Part shown: in pieces, positions 1-12,518 of the stretch
Layout of the letters: the number at the start of each line of letters is the position of its first letter
Numbering within the stretch: position 1 is the first letter of the stretch
From: Octopus vulgaris
Lineage: Eukaryota
Direction of reading: 5' to 3'
Length of the DNA: 64,000 bases
Assembly: GCA_951406725.2 (NCBI GenBank)
Contig: OX597822.1
Span: 36,456,001 to 36,520,000, forward strand
The notes under the pieces: model-generated
Seen by the model: the letters and a program-made list of their open reading frames with translations, nothing else
What the model was told of the DNA's origin: nothing
Databases searched by the model: none
Program-made: the position numbers and the translations under genes

Positions 1-860
1 CCATTACTCATTTTTCCAGTAAGAGGATTTTTTAAAAATTCACATGTCTTTAAAAGCACAGAGCAACTAATCATAACATTAGCAGCAAAGAATGCAGACA
101 TCATATCAACAGCGGCAACAAGTGAAGTTGTGTAATGTCAATATTCACACACACACATACAGTTTCTGTTGATCAAATTCACTTAAAGCTATTGGTTAAC
201 CCAGAAGACAGTTGTTCAAGGTGCCATATAGTCAGACTGAACCTGGAATCATAGTGAACTTCCTAACCACATAGCTGTGAATAACCACTAGAAACCATTG
301 ATAATAAAAGTGATTTGCATCAACAAGAGTTACTTTGATAATAATTAAAAAGTGAGGCAGAGCCGTGTTTCAGGTATGACTTCACAGCAAGGCAACCCAA
401 GCAAGAGTCTTCTACAAAAGCCTTAGGTCGACCCCAAAGACTTTTATAAGAAATTTGGTACATGGAAACTGTGTGGAAGCCTATCAAAGAAACTGTTCCT
501 GGTCTTGGATGGTAGATTTAATCTAGCAGCCAGTTTAACATCACTACATAGTCTTTGAGTAAGAGTTCAGTTTGTGGCAAACGTTTGATCCATGTCTCCA
601 ATATGAGAGTAACTTCCACTGATCCTGTCACAAGTGTCAGAGTCTTTAATGAGGGTTATGAACACTGCTCTCCTTCTTCTGACTAAACCATTTAAAAACA
701 GAACACAATATCCTAGTAGAGTCCTTCAAAGTATTCTCTAATAAGGTTTCTATATACTACCATCACAAAACTTTCACTTTGTTCTCATAAAATAAAATTG
801 CTAAAAAAAATAAATCTCTTATTTTCATGATTTGAAGAAGTGGTCAAATATTTTACTTAC

Positions 861-924
861 TTTCCACAAATAATTTTCTTTCACCAATCCAGTGTGTTCT
901 GCAGGCATCACTATTTCTTCATTC
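861..924 (-). CDS. GBF1: GBF1 exon, end of Sec7; gene continues beyond position 1
   Basis: cag|...|gtaagt, 64 nt, phase 2->0; NEEIVMPAEHTGLVKENYLWK. Confidence 0.96.
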
Positions 925-2050
925 CTGAAATAATGCAATAAATAACTTAAAAATGAAAAAAGTAACAATAAAGAAAAAAAACAGTAATACTTCTTTTCAT
1001 TGTTAATATTTATATAGAGTAACCATAGAGTAGCAATACAATCAAAGAAAGATTGTTATATAATATTTCATTTTATCGTTTGGATACTCTTCATGATAAC
1101 TCTGTGAAACATGAAAATACATTCATGGTATTAGAGAGAATTATGATTAATTAGAGATAGTTATAAGCGACAAAGGACAAATGGATTTTATCTTGTTTCT
1201 GATACAAGAGAAAGTGGTGACAGAAATAACTTTCTTAATTTTCATAAAACAGCAATTCACAATGAGATCCATATGAACTCAGTGATAGAATCAAGTTTAC
1301 ACCATTATTGAGTTAGTATCATGAATGCCAGTCATGGCTATGTGGTTAAGAAGTTCACTTCACAACTATGAGGTTTTGGGTTCAATTAAACTGCATGGCA
1401 TATTGGCCAAGTATATTCTACTATGCCACAGGATAAATTGAAACCTTCTGAATGAAAATTTAACCATCAGATACTGTATGGAAGCCTATCAAACGGACCG
1501 TTCCTATTTTGGAGGAGCAGATTTAAATAGTTGCTTGCTTCAACACTACCACTTGGCTCATGGGGTATCTTCAGCAGTGGCCATGCTGTTGGAAGCTTTC
1601 AAATAAGGCCTCCAGTCTGAGGTTAATTTCCTCCCATCAGATTTGGAGGCACTGAAAAAGGGCCTTCAAGACTAGTTAAGAAGATGATAATCTCTTCTCA
1701 CCAAGCCATGGCCCTCCACTTTGAAATCGATAAATAAATAAATGAACTGTGAATTTGTATTTCCTTTGTTGCAAAATTTTTTACATGTTCTTGAGCAAGG
1801 CATTTAACACCACTTATCTCACAGAAAATCATGTATTAACACATCTTAGAAAATTAACATGATAAAAATCACAATAATGCCATATTTGTGAGGAAATTTA
1901 AACTCTATCTTCCAAATATTTAGGGTTCTATGAAAGGAAAAAAAAGTGCCAAGTAAGGTTTCTGTAAAAATATCTCTTAGTTATACAAATTTGCAACAGA
2001 ATTTTATTTTAAGAAGCTAATTTCGCCACTAAATTGGGTTGAATACCTAC

Positions 2051-2133
2051 CGAATAGCATTATAAATATCTTCCAACATATCTTCATCAAAATCATTACC
2101 ACCATTGGTTTTTGAGACATTTCTCTTGTATTC
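2051..2133 (-). CDS. GBF1: GBF1 exon, Sec7 C-terminal part
   Basis: cag|...|gtaggt, 83 nt, phase 0->2; EYKRNVSKTNGGNDFDEDMLEDIYNAI. Confidence 0.96.
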
Positions 2134-3548
2134 CTGGAGAAAAAAAGTTCAATATTTTATAAGCATACACATTTTCAGGTTGTGTGGGAGCTTGTCAACA
2201 CTCTACAAAGCAAAGGTCAGATAAGGCTCATAGTGAAATATTGCTCTCACATCTGAGACAGTACTACTGCTGCACATACAGACATCCTAGATGACATCCA
2301 GAAAAGATGTGGTCTAGAATGTCTTGATTGGCATAAAATTATTTACAGACACACTCCAGCCAGTGGCCCCATATACTATGGCCTGTCTCTATCTTTTTTA
2401 CTATAATTATAATGGCTTTTGCTCCTTGGAGATGGCTGAGGTACCAGATCATTTGGGAATATTCTTCCTCCAGCCAGAGACTAGTCATCATTGCATTTGG
2501 ACTTGGGTTCTGATTGCCAGCTGTCTGTGATTACCAGGGTGTTGCAGCACTCTATATTACATCCATTATATTACACTCTATATTACATCCATTCGGCACA
2601 GGCATCCAACACTACGGCAGAATGTAACCACAGTAGGTAGGACCATGTTAATTTAAACAGACTAATACAATTATATATATTGTTATTCGAAGGCACAAGG
2701 TTTGAATTTGCAATTATTGGCTCATTACTGTATCACTTTGAAATGTCAGTTTCCTTTCATTGTCCCAGTTATGCCTCTAACTTATCCATTTATTTTATTG
2801 CAATTCATTTGTTTGTTCATTTCTTTTACAACTGTTATTCCATGTTAGCATGAGTTAGAGGAATACATGTGATTGAGACATCATTTTATAGTCAGGTGTC
2901 TTCCCGTCTCTAACCTTCACCTAGTTTTCAAGTGAAAGATATTTTATCATGCCTTCAAAAGTGTTGAGTTAGCAGACTATTTGTTGACAAGGAATTGCCA
3001 ATAAAGTTCACCGTTAAGAGCAAAATGCATAACATAAAGATCAATACAAACACACATACATAAGTATGTGTGTGTATGTATGACAAGCCTTATAGCGTTT
3101 CCATGTATCAAATTCACCTGATGTTACAGTAGAAGGCAGTTGCTTAAATACAATTCTCTATATATTATGGAGGAAGACAAACAAATGTTATAGGAAGATC
3201 AATGTGGCCGTATTTACAAGACTTAATATATCATTTAACTAACATTTTCCCTTTATGATGACATGACAATTCTATTCAATTATCCATGTTTATCAATTTT
3301 TCTATCAAACCTAACAACTTCCCTGCAGGCCATTTTTTTCATGGCCTGTCACTACTCCTTGAATTCCTAGTCATTTTAGATAACCATTCAGAAATTACTA
3401 TTGTATAATAAACTAGCAAGGCCTTGGTCCTTTGCTCTAGAAGTTACAAGCCATCTACATCCATTACAGTTTATCACTCTTAACATACTTCAGACAATAG
3501 CAAACATACATTAAACTAGTTCATTAGAAGGACAAGATAAATACTTAC

Positions 3549-3674
3549 ATCAACAGTCATAGGAGTACTCTGTTTCTTAACATTGTGGTTGTGCTGGTCC
3601 ACATTTAACATAATCACAGCATATGCCAGTGTAAATGCAGCATCAGAATCAGCAAAAGGTTCCCCGTTGGTTTT
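3549..3674 (-). CDS. GBF1: GBF1 exon, Sec7 motif 2
   Basis: cag|...|gtaagt, 126 nt, phase 0->0; [30 protein letters not shown]. Confidence 0.98.
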
Positions 3675-4121
3675 CTGAAACATTAAACATAATATATTAA
3701 GATATATTATAATTCTGAGAAGACAAACAAGAAAAGATTAATGTCAACAGCTTAATTTAAGGGAAAGGCTATAATCTGACAACTCTATTTCACATAAGCC
3801 AATAAAGAAGCCTTAATGTGGTTGCATGATTAGCTAGAAATAGCAACCAAATAGCAGAAAATATGGAATATTTACATACAAGTTTACAGACACACACAAT
3901 TACTAAGTGATATGAACATATTTTATTTTAGAGATATGCAATTTTCGTAGAAATAGTGTTTACGAATTATGTATGGATTTTACATTGACACATTTACACA
4001 CACACACATATACATGCATATATATGTTAAATTATTGTTATTATTATTATTTTAAAGCAAGTTTAAGAACCATCCTATCCATGCTAGCATGGGAAACAGA
4101 TGTAAGATTTGATATATTTTT

Positions 4122-4497
4122 TTTTATTTGTTTCAGTCATTTGACTGCAGCCATGCTGGAGTGCAGCCTTTAGTCAAACAAATCGATCCCAGGACTTATT
4201 CTTCGTAAACCTAGTACTTATTCTATTGGACTCTTTTGTCAAACCGCTAAGTTATGGGAATGTAAACACACCAACATCGGTTGTCAAGTGATGATGGTGG
4301 GGGTGGTGACAAAAACAGACACACAAACAAATGTATATACGACAGGTTTTTTTCTGTTTCCGTCTACCAAATCCACTCACAAGTCTTTGGTCAGACTGAG
4401 GCTATAGTAGAAGACACTTGCCCAAGGTGCCATGCAGTGGGACTGAACCCAGAACCATGTGGTTGATCAGCAAGTTACTTACCACAAAATCACTCCT
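4122..4497 (-). mobile_element. tRNA-derived octopus SINE, long family (family A here)
   Basis: Reverse complement of the copy at 10442; tRNA-like head and CAGTCAAATGACTGAAAC tail. Confidence 0.85.
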
Positions 4498-4539
4498 GCG
4501 CCTATTTTTGCTGGTGATTGTCTTATACACACACACAGA

Positions 4540-4860
4540 GGTCCACATAACTTTAAGCTCACCCACACATACATACACACACTCACCCCCATTCTCACAT
4601 ACACATGCGCTTGCACACCCTAGTTCGAACAGGTCATCATTATTATTTCCCTTCCACTCTGCTGCTTCCTTCTGGCCATTTCATCAGGTCAAACCATTAA
4701 CCCCTACACCTCTTTTTCTCTCTCCATTTCTTTCCCTCTCAATTTTTTCTGTTGAAGAGTGTAGACTCGAAATGTCAAAGACTTTCCCATTCTTCCTGAG
4801 CATTAAAATAATACACCTGGATGTTGTTCTTTCACCTGTCTTCGTCTTTTACCATTTTTA
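4540..4860 (+). mobile_element. Penelope-like terminal-repeat remnant with minimal hammerhead vestige
   Basis: CTGTTGAA-GAGT-gtag-ACTC-GAAATGTC at 4749-4776 in a pyrimidine-rich context. Confidence 0.5.
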
Positions 4861-5217
4861 ATAACTAAAAGGTGGTTATGCCGGTAACCACATATAATAG
4901 TATAGTTGATTATACTGACCCGAACACTTAACTGCTATTTATTTTATTAACCTTGGAAGCAAGAATGTAAAAAGAAGTCAAAGGTCAGATGGGATTTGAT
5001 TTTAGCTCAGCAAATAAATGGATATAACAAAATATGACAAAGTATTTTGTCTGATATTCCAAGGTTTTACCAGCCACTGTTTAGGTGTGTGTGTACATGT
5101 GTGGGTGTTGGTTTCTGGATGTGTACATGCATTAATATGAGATAAGTACAAAATAAAAACAATATAGAAAAAATAGATATTTTAGTAAAGAGATATCAAC
5201 ATCTATATGATACTTAC

Positions 5218-5341
5218 ATGCCAATGTTCAGCAAACATTTCAATGATGTAGGATATTACAGGAGCCTCCCCAGGTAAACGGAATGTTTCTAAGTAGAGAC
5301 GCAAAGCTTCATCCAATCGTGTGTCATTGAAATTGAAGGAT
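5218..5341 (-). CDS. GBF1: GBF1 exon, Sec7 catalytic motif 1
   Basis: tag|...|gtaagt, 124 nt, phase 2->0; [22 protein letters not shown] with the glutamate finger. Confidence 0.98.
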
Positions 5342-6023
5342 CTACAACAGAAAAAACGTTTTTTTTAAATAAAAAAAGATAAAAAGACACTTATTTTAGT
5401 CATTGGACTGTGGTCATACTGGTGCACCACTTTCAAGAATTTAAGCTGATTATATCAACCCCAGTACTTGTTATTATGGTTGGTTCTCATTTGAGCAATC
5501 TTTAAGTCATAGGATATAAAACAGACACTACATATTATTATCTTAAACTGCAACAATGTAAAAACAGTGACACAGATAGATACAGGCACACACACATATG
5601 GTTGCTTTGCATTGGACTCTCAACTACTAATGGAGCACTGTTGTGATATGCGGTGTCTGTTGGGTATATAAACCAAGTGGTACTCTCTAAGCTTGATCAG
5701 CTTATTTCTAATTGAGACAGACAGACAGAGAAAGGATGAGAATGAGAAACAGAGAAAGAAAAATCAACCCCAGTGCTGGACTGGGACTTGGTTTACTGAA
5801 AGGATGAAAAGTAACGTTGACATCACAGCCAAGACAACACGAATGAATACTGCAAAAGCATTCTACCTGATGCTTAACACATATATAGACACACACATAC
5901 CAAAAAATGTATACAGACACACAATGCAGCTCTCTGGCTGGCCAGCTCCTCCTGTCAAACCACCCAACCCATTTCAACATGGAAAACAGGTATTAAATGT
6001 TGATGACGATGTAAAACACGTAC

Positions 6024-6226
6024 TTGACAAAAGCTTCAAATATCTTTGCATTTTTCTTGTTACTGATGTATTCTCCAATTTGTCTCTTATCCAATTTAGG
6101 ATTCTCTCTTAAAAATGTGACCACTTCACCTGGATCTAAAGGGGTGGAAAGGAGGCCCTGTTCCTGTAGGAAATGTATACCTTTCACAGGTTTTACATTA
6201 AATTGTTCAGTTCCACTCTGATACAT
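6024..6226 (-). CDS. GBF1: GBF1 exon, Sec7 domain N-terminal part
   Basis: cag|...|gtacgt, 203 nt, phase 0->2; GTEQFNVKPVKGIHFLQEQGLL...LRENPKLDKRQIGEY. Confidence 0.97.
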
Positions 6227-6966
6227 CTGAAAATCAACAGATAAGACCAATCAAATTAAACTAATCTGTTTGAGAATTTGATATTAAAAAAAAAAAATAA
6301 ATAAAAGTAAACTTGAGAATTTTTATAAAATTTTTTTTAACACTTCAAAATTTTCAATTTGATAAGACATGAATATTTAAAAGCTGAAATCAGAGGCTGA
6401 AAAGTAATTTTTAAAAAACCCCAAAAACCTACAAATAATTGAAATAAGAATTTAAAATATTAAAAATCGAAAACTTTAACCCAATTTAATTTCAATTTCA
6501 GTTAGTAAAATGTGTTCAATTTGTGCCACAAAGATTTCAACTTACAGAAGCAATTCTATTATAATTTTGAAAATCCAAACTGAGAGAAAAAAATTCATTA
6601 AAATTCTCAAACTGAACCCAAAGTTGAAAAAAAACAAAACCAAAAAAAAAAAAAAAAAAAAAAAGACAGAAGTGTTAAATAAAAACAGAAGAAAGACAAA
6701 CACAATTCTTTTCTCTATTAATGTGTACTTGGATTAAACAATTACTGTATTTGATAGCAAAACAGACACATGGGCATATTAGATGCAACCCAATTTCAGC
6801 AGTACATATACAAGAAAAAGAGTATCAAGAACAAAATTAGCTTATGGGAGGCCCAACTTTTGCATATTGAACTGGGGTAATTTTTGAGAAATTTTTGTAA
6901 AAAAATTGCATCTTATAATATGAAATTAAATATGGTATATGTTATTGCTCTTAAATAAATACTTGC

Positions 6967-7094
6967 CTTCTTTTTATGTTTCAGTGCAGCTAGCTCCTCA
7001 GATGTAGGTACCTTTTCAGTAATTTTCATTCTGTTTGGTCGGATCTGGGGTCCCTTTTGAATTTCTTTGGCTGGTTTTTGAGGCCAGGTATGTT
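6967..7094 (-). CDS. GBF1: GBF1 exon, pre-Sec7; ends at a GC donor
   Basis: cag|...AAG|gcaagt, 128 nt, phase 1->0; RPNRMKITEKVPTSEELAALKHKKK (human PDPRELIEIKNKKK). Confidence 0.9.
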
Positions 7095-7190
7095 CTGTTA
7101 AGAAATTTGGAACTTAGTAAACAGACCGTTAAATTGGAAAAAATATATAAATAAATAAAATAAAAAATAAAAATCTACAAGAGATGTAAC

Positions 7191-7593
7191 CATGTGGTTA
7201 AAAAGCTCACTTCACAACTGCATAGGTTCAATCCCATGGTGCCTTAGGCAAATGTCTTCTATAACCTTCTGAGTGAATTTAGTAGATGGAAACTGTGTGG
7301 AAGCCTGCTGGTGCCACATAAAAAGCATCTAGTCCACATTGTAAAGTGGTTGGCATTTGAAAGGGCATCCAGCAATAAAACTCATGCCAAAACTGACCTT
7401 GCTTGTGCTGGTACAACATAAAAAACACTCAATCCACTCTGCAGGGTGGTTGGTGTTAGGAAGGACATCCAATGGTAAAAACTGTACTGAAACAGACACA
7501 GAAGTCTGATGCAGTCTTCTGCTTGGCCAGCGCTTGTCAAACCATCCAACCCATGCCAGCATGCAAGGTACACATTAAGTAATGATGATGATT

Positions 7594-7640
<47 letters not shown>

Positions 7641-7840
7641 TATGTATGTGTGAAGATGTGCCTTTGTATTTGCCTCTACTGCTTGACAACCAGTGTTGGT
7701 TTGTTTACATCCTCATAGCAGTTTGGTAAAAGAGATTGATAGGGTGAAAAAAAAAGTGCCAGGGCTGGTTTGTTCAACTAAACACTTGAACGCAGTGCTC
7801 CAGTATGACTCCAGTTCACTGATTGAAACAAGTAAAAAGA
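7191..7840 (+). mobile_element. Composite: family-A SINE with an RTE-type tail (about 7306-7591) between its two halves
   Basis: SINE head 7191-7306, then RTE tail ending (GAT)n, microsatellite, then SINE 3' half to 7840. Confidence 0.65.
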
Positions 7841-7985
7841 TATAAAAAATACAAAAAAAAAAGATAATCTACAATAATTTCAGACCATCAGTAGTTTTCC
7901 TTACACAAGCTGTTTCTTTTTTTTGGTCGTCCCCTTCATAAAATCAATAGAGAAACAATTCAACAATCAAAAATATCAAACAAAC

Positions 7986-8117
7986 CTGTTGTAGTCATTT
8001 CTTTAGATATTATCTTTTGTCCGACATCATAACCAGAAGTGAGAGGTAAGTCTACAACTTCAGGAGGCGTCAATGGCTTAACACTTGAATTTGAATTATT
8101 AGTTTCTGGCACATTCT
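7986..8117 (-). CDS. GBF1: GBF1 exon, HUS-Sec7 linker
   Basis: tttcag|...|gtttgt, 132 nt open, phase 1->1; NVPETNNSNSSVKPLTPPEVVDLPLTSGYDVGQKIISKEMTTT. Confidence 0.8.
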
Positions 8118-9130
8118 CTGAAAGAATTCATAAATATATGTATATTGTTTTTATTTATCTATCTGTCTGTCTACATCATTTTATCTAAACTGGAATGAAG
8201 GTTTTCAACATTCAAATTTGAATTTTTTGTTTCTATAATATTTCTATAATATTTTTTGCTTTTATTCATTCTCAAACTGGATGGGCAGATAACAACAAGC
8301 CAGCCAACACAAAATAATCTCTAGTGAGACTTCTTTATCAATGTACCTGAAGAGACTCAGTCCACTCATCTGAAAATGAGCAGCCTTGGTAACTAGGAGG
8401 TTACCCTACGACAGACAGGCATCCTATACAACTACATTGCATGGTGGGGTAGTTGATACCAAGAAAGATGCAGGTCAAGAAAAACTTGCAATAAAATATA
8501 CATAGCCCAAATACTTATAAAGTTAAACAATATAATTAAGACAGTGCAAGATAAACATATATTAAAATATTAGTAAAATAGATCAAATGCATTCCAACTG
8601 TGACCATCACTTCTTTTTCCTCTGTAAATGGATCCCAGGATATCATTATCTAACATATTTTTCTAAGACAGTAGGTTGTGATTTGAGGGTGATTTGACTG
8701 CTATTTCTAGAAGCTCAAACAACCACATAGAGGCTATCTTGTTGGTTCATTAGTGGTTATTGAAACATGCTGGTGAATTAAGTCAAATGCCCGTTTTTTT
8801 TGAGTTTTTTTTAAAATGTGGCATAAGGTGTTTAACTGTAAAATATATTTATTCTTTATCTGCTGCAAACTGTCTCTTTAGTGTCAGTAGCATAAAATGC
8901 ACTGGAATCTATATTGTGAAGTGGTTCACAGCATGAAAAATATCCTGTCATAAAAAGTGTGCAGGCACACACACACACACACAAATGGAGGACATGTGAA
9001 TTTTGAAAGCCAAAATGTAGGTAACCTGTCTAGGGTTGAGGGCATTCTTTCGTACTGCCTTAAAATTCATTTGATCTATGTTGTGAAGGGGGTGATGACA
9101 GGAAGGGTGTCCAGCTGTTAAAAACCATGA

Positions 9131-9500
9131 CATCATCATCATCATTTAACGTCTGTTTTCCATGCTAGCATGGGTTGGACGGTTTGACCGGGGTCTGGGA
9201 AGCCAGGAGGCTGCACCAGGCTCCAGTCTGATCTGGCAGTGTTTTTACAGCTGGATGCCCTTCCTAACACCAACCACTCCATGAGTGTAGTGGGTGCTTT
9301 TTATGTGCCACTGGTGGCTGGCAACAGCCATGATCAGTTGATATTTTTAAGTGCCACCAGCACGGAAGCCAGTCAAGGTGGCGCTGGTATCAGCCACGTT
9401 CGGATGGTGCTTTTTACATGCCACCGGCACAGTTATCACAACTACAATTTCCATTTGATTTTTATTTTGATGTTGATGTACTGGACTCAATAGGTCTCCT
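9131..9500 (-). mobile_element. RTE-type 3' tail with tandem units
   Basis: (CAT)n followed by the reverse complement of ...CCAACCCATGCTAGCATGGAAAACAGACGTTAAA. Confidence 0.8.
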
Positions 9501-9649
9501 CATGCACAAAAGTTGATAGTTTACTGTTGCTGAGTATATGTGCACATGACTAAATACTGTGACTAGTGTCAGGCTATTATGAGACCCATCCAATTCATAC
9601 CAGCACAAATGCACCAAAAGAAAATAAAACAGATGAACAGATGTGCAGT

Positions 9650-10036
9650 GACAATAATGCTAAAATAATAACAATGCACTTATTGTCTATAGTGCACAGG
9701 TGTACTACAACTCATCAGAAAAAGCAGCCACAAGTGCACAAACAGCATAGAATAATGCACAGGAAGTTGTTAAAAAAACAAGCGGGGTTCAGGTATACTG
9801 TTGGTAAATTCCAGGAAGTATGGAAGTTTTGAAGGCTGTAGGGTCCTGACAGCTAACAACTGATGTGGGTACTTTATTCCATGCTTCAGCAATTCCGAGT
9901 GCAAAAAAAGTCATGGGTGCAGTGCTGCTTTTCTGATTTTGTAAGCATTTCTGGAGGTGTTAGACATATAGAATAAGAAAAGGTGCCCAAAGTTGTAGTT
10001 GGAAAAATGGTGGATAATCTTGTGGGTATCAACTAA
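9650..10036 (-). mobile_element. CR1-type LINE 3' fragment
   Basis: Reverse complement matches 56660-57060 (TTGCTGAAGCATGGAA...GTTGTTAGCTG). Confidence 0.75.
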
Positions 10037-10080
10037 GAAGTAGAATAGTTAGGATTAGATTATAAAGCACTTCTACATAC

Positions 10081-10285
10081 CATTCGTATTTGAAGTAGAT
10101 TGTTGTCCGGCATCAACTGACTCACCATTGGTTGCTGCTGCCGCTGAAGCCGCTGCTGCTGCAGCAGCTTTGGTAGAGGAGAGGATTCGGCTGTGACAGT
10201 GTTGTTCGATTGTGTCAACAACAGTGAGAAGGGCATCCAGTGACAATAAATGAGTGGTAAAAATACCCGACACTGGGAATGCATT
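10081..10285 (-). CDS. GBF1: GBF1 exon, end of HUS plus poly-Ala tract
   Basis: tag|...|gtatgt, 205 nt, phase 0->1; [30 protein letters not shown]. Confidence 0.95.
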
Positions 10286-10441
10286 CTACAAACATACACA
10301 AATTAGGATTAGAAATCATAATAATAATTACAGAAGGCTACCTTTTTATAAAAATCAGAGACAATTTTCATTCTTCTTAATGGCTTTGTCAAAGGAAAAA
10401 GAAAAGGTAATAACTACCTAGCATTCCCTTTATATTTTCCC

Positions 10442-10829
10442 AGGAGTGGCAGTGTGGTAAGTAGCTTGCTTACCAACCACATGGTGCCAGGTTCAGTCCC
10501 ACTGCGTGGCACTTTGGGCAAGTGTCTTCTACTTAGCCTCAGGCCGACCAAAGCCTTATGAGTGGATTTGGGAGACAGAAACTGAAAGAAACCTGTTGTA
10601 TATATGTATATATATGTGTGTGTATGTGTGTGTTTGTCCCCCCAACATCACTTGACAACCGATGTTGGTGTGTTTACGTCCCTGTAACTTAGCGGTTCGG
10701 CAAAAAGAGACCGATAGAATAAGTACTAGGCTTACAAAGAATAAGTCCTGGGGTCGATTTGCTCGACTAAAGGTGGTGCTCCAGCATGGCTGCAGTCAAA
10801 TGACCGAAACAAGTAAAAGAGAGTAAAAG
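10442..10829 (+). mobile_element. Family-A tRNA-derived SINE, full length, young
   Basis: A/B-box-like head (GGCAGTGTGGTAAG...GGTTCAGTCCC), central (TA/TG)n, CpGs retained, AGTAAAAGA tail. Confidence 0.9.
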
Positions 10830-11627
10830 ATAACTACTAAGCAGAACATTTGCTGCTTTGAGCAAATATATTTTAAAATTCAAAGCCAATGTGCAGCATT
10901 TAAACTTTCATGCAGCTTACCAAGCATGTTTATAAATTAAAATGCATGATAACATTTTGATGTGAGTGACACCAATTCAATGACTGTGTGGTTGTACACC
11001 AAAACAGCTTTGAGGGAACATTGTTCATAATTCATTTAAGTGTCTCTAAGGCTAATGGGAAAAAAATTTATCCTCAGCCTAGAGACCAGACTGAATACTT
11101 ACACCAGAATGGCCAGGGAGGAGAGTTAACCTAGGTAACAGGCTAAGCCTATCATTTCAACTGCATGACACATGGCCCACTCAGGCATGTTTTCACCACA
11201 TGAAATGCACTGTACACTAATTTCACTTAATTTTAATCAACCAACCCCCAACTCAGTATAGCTGATGTAATTAAACATTTATACTGATTACATCATAGAG
11301 TTGTTTTACAGTCATTTGACCTTCCTATGTTAGTAATAAAATAGTGACCAATGAATAGTAACTTATTTACTATGGCTAAGTCAGAGTTAGCATAAACTTA
11401 TAAGTACGAAAATACTTTTTCTAGTAATGAAACAATGTAATGTCTTCTCAGTCAACAGAGGCAGTCTGTGTCAATTAGTTAAGCTAAGATATACACAAAT
11501 ATCTTATAGTAAGTTTAGAAACAATCAAATGTCTTAGTGGTGCATGAGTAGCTAGTTACAAGTATGAGCATGTTATGTTTATAACTGAAGAATAAAGATG
11601 AATATAACAATATATATACACACATAC

Positions 11628-11822
11628 TTTTGAAAGAAGTTTGGTAAGGTCCTCAAATAAGTTTGAGCAGTAGAGATCACAGTCATAGTTAAGAAAGAGT
11701 TCAGTAACAAGTCCAGGGATTCGCCATAGGTGAACAACAGCTTCCAGAGAAATCTCACGCATTTCATAGGGTATTCTAGGAGCTTCTGATACAATTATGT
11801 CGCTTAGTTTGGTCAGGTACAT
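11628..11822 (-). CDS. GBF1: GBF1 exon, HUS box
   Basis: tag|...|gtatgt, 195 nt, phase 0->0; contains HUS box NYDCD. Confidence 0.97.
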
Positions 11823-12162
11823 CTAGATATTTTTTTTTAAATTGAAAAAACAAACAAATATATAAATAATGAACCAATGATGGAACTTGTACATGGCTAC
11901 TCAACCTGCTACAAATGCAGTTAAATCTCTCTCAAATGACAATTTGGTGTCTTAAGAAAGAAAGGATACATTGAAAAATGCAATCCTAAACATATGTCTA
12001 TAAAATAAAAAGAGATAGTTTTATGACTGGAATGCCTTTAAATCAGGTGTATTTTGATCAGGGAAACCTGAGATTAAACTCTGTGTGTGTGTGTGTGTGT
12101 GTGTGCGCGTGTGTGTGTCCAACCCATGCAAGCATGGAAGACAGATGATGATGATATATATT

Positions 12163-12518
12163 TATTATTGCCGGGTCATAGTGCTAGTGCATGCATATAC
12201 AGCTGCATGCGTGCACACATACACGCGAGTACTGTCCAAATCTCCGACCAATCACATACAGCTAGCTGGCATTCAATTGGTGTATCAAGTTTCGGGCATT
12301 TTGATTTTGAGTTTTGGATAGAAAATTCACAAAAAAAGTCACTTCTATTGATTTTTTAATGGCTTTGCGGGGTAACTGGGGAAATGTAAAGATATGTACA
12401 ACTACCCTTGGACAGTTTTGAACGACCATAGAAAGTGCAAGCCCACTAACTGAAAAATTGTGGATTTGTATAAAGGACACACAGACAGACAGACATTTTG
12501 CCATTTATATATAGAGAG
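12163..12518 (+). mobile_element. Non-autonomous Helitron/Helentron-like (HINE-type) element
   Basis: 3' end (ACAG)n-ACATTTTGCCATTTATATATAGAG; CpG-retaining body. Confidence 0.5.

Noticed and set aside
7905-7933. Possible 29-nt exon or alternative donor (gaag|GGGACGACC...TGT|gtaagg)
   Set aside because: As an exon it shifts the frame and leaves a 52-nt intron; as an 81-nt extension of the upstream exon it hits an in-frame TGA.
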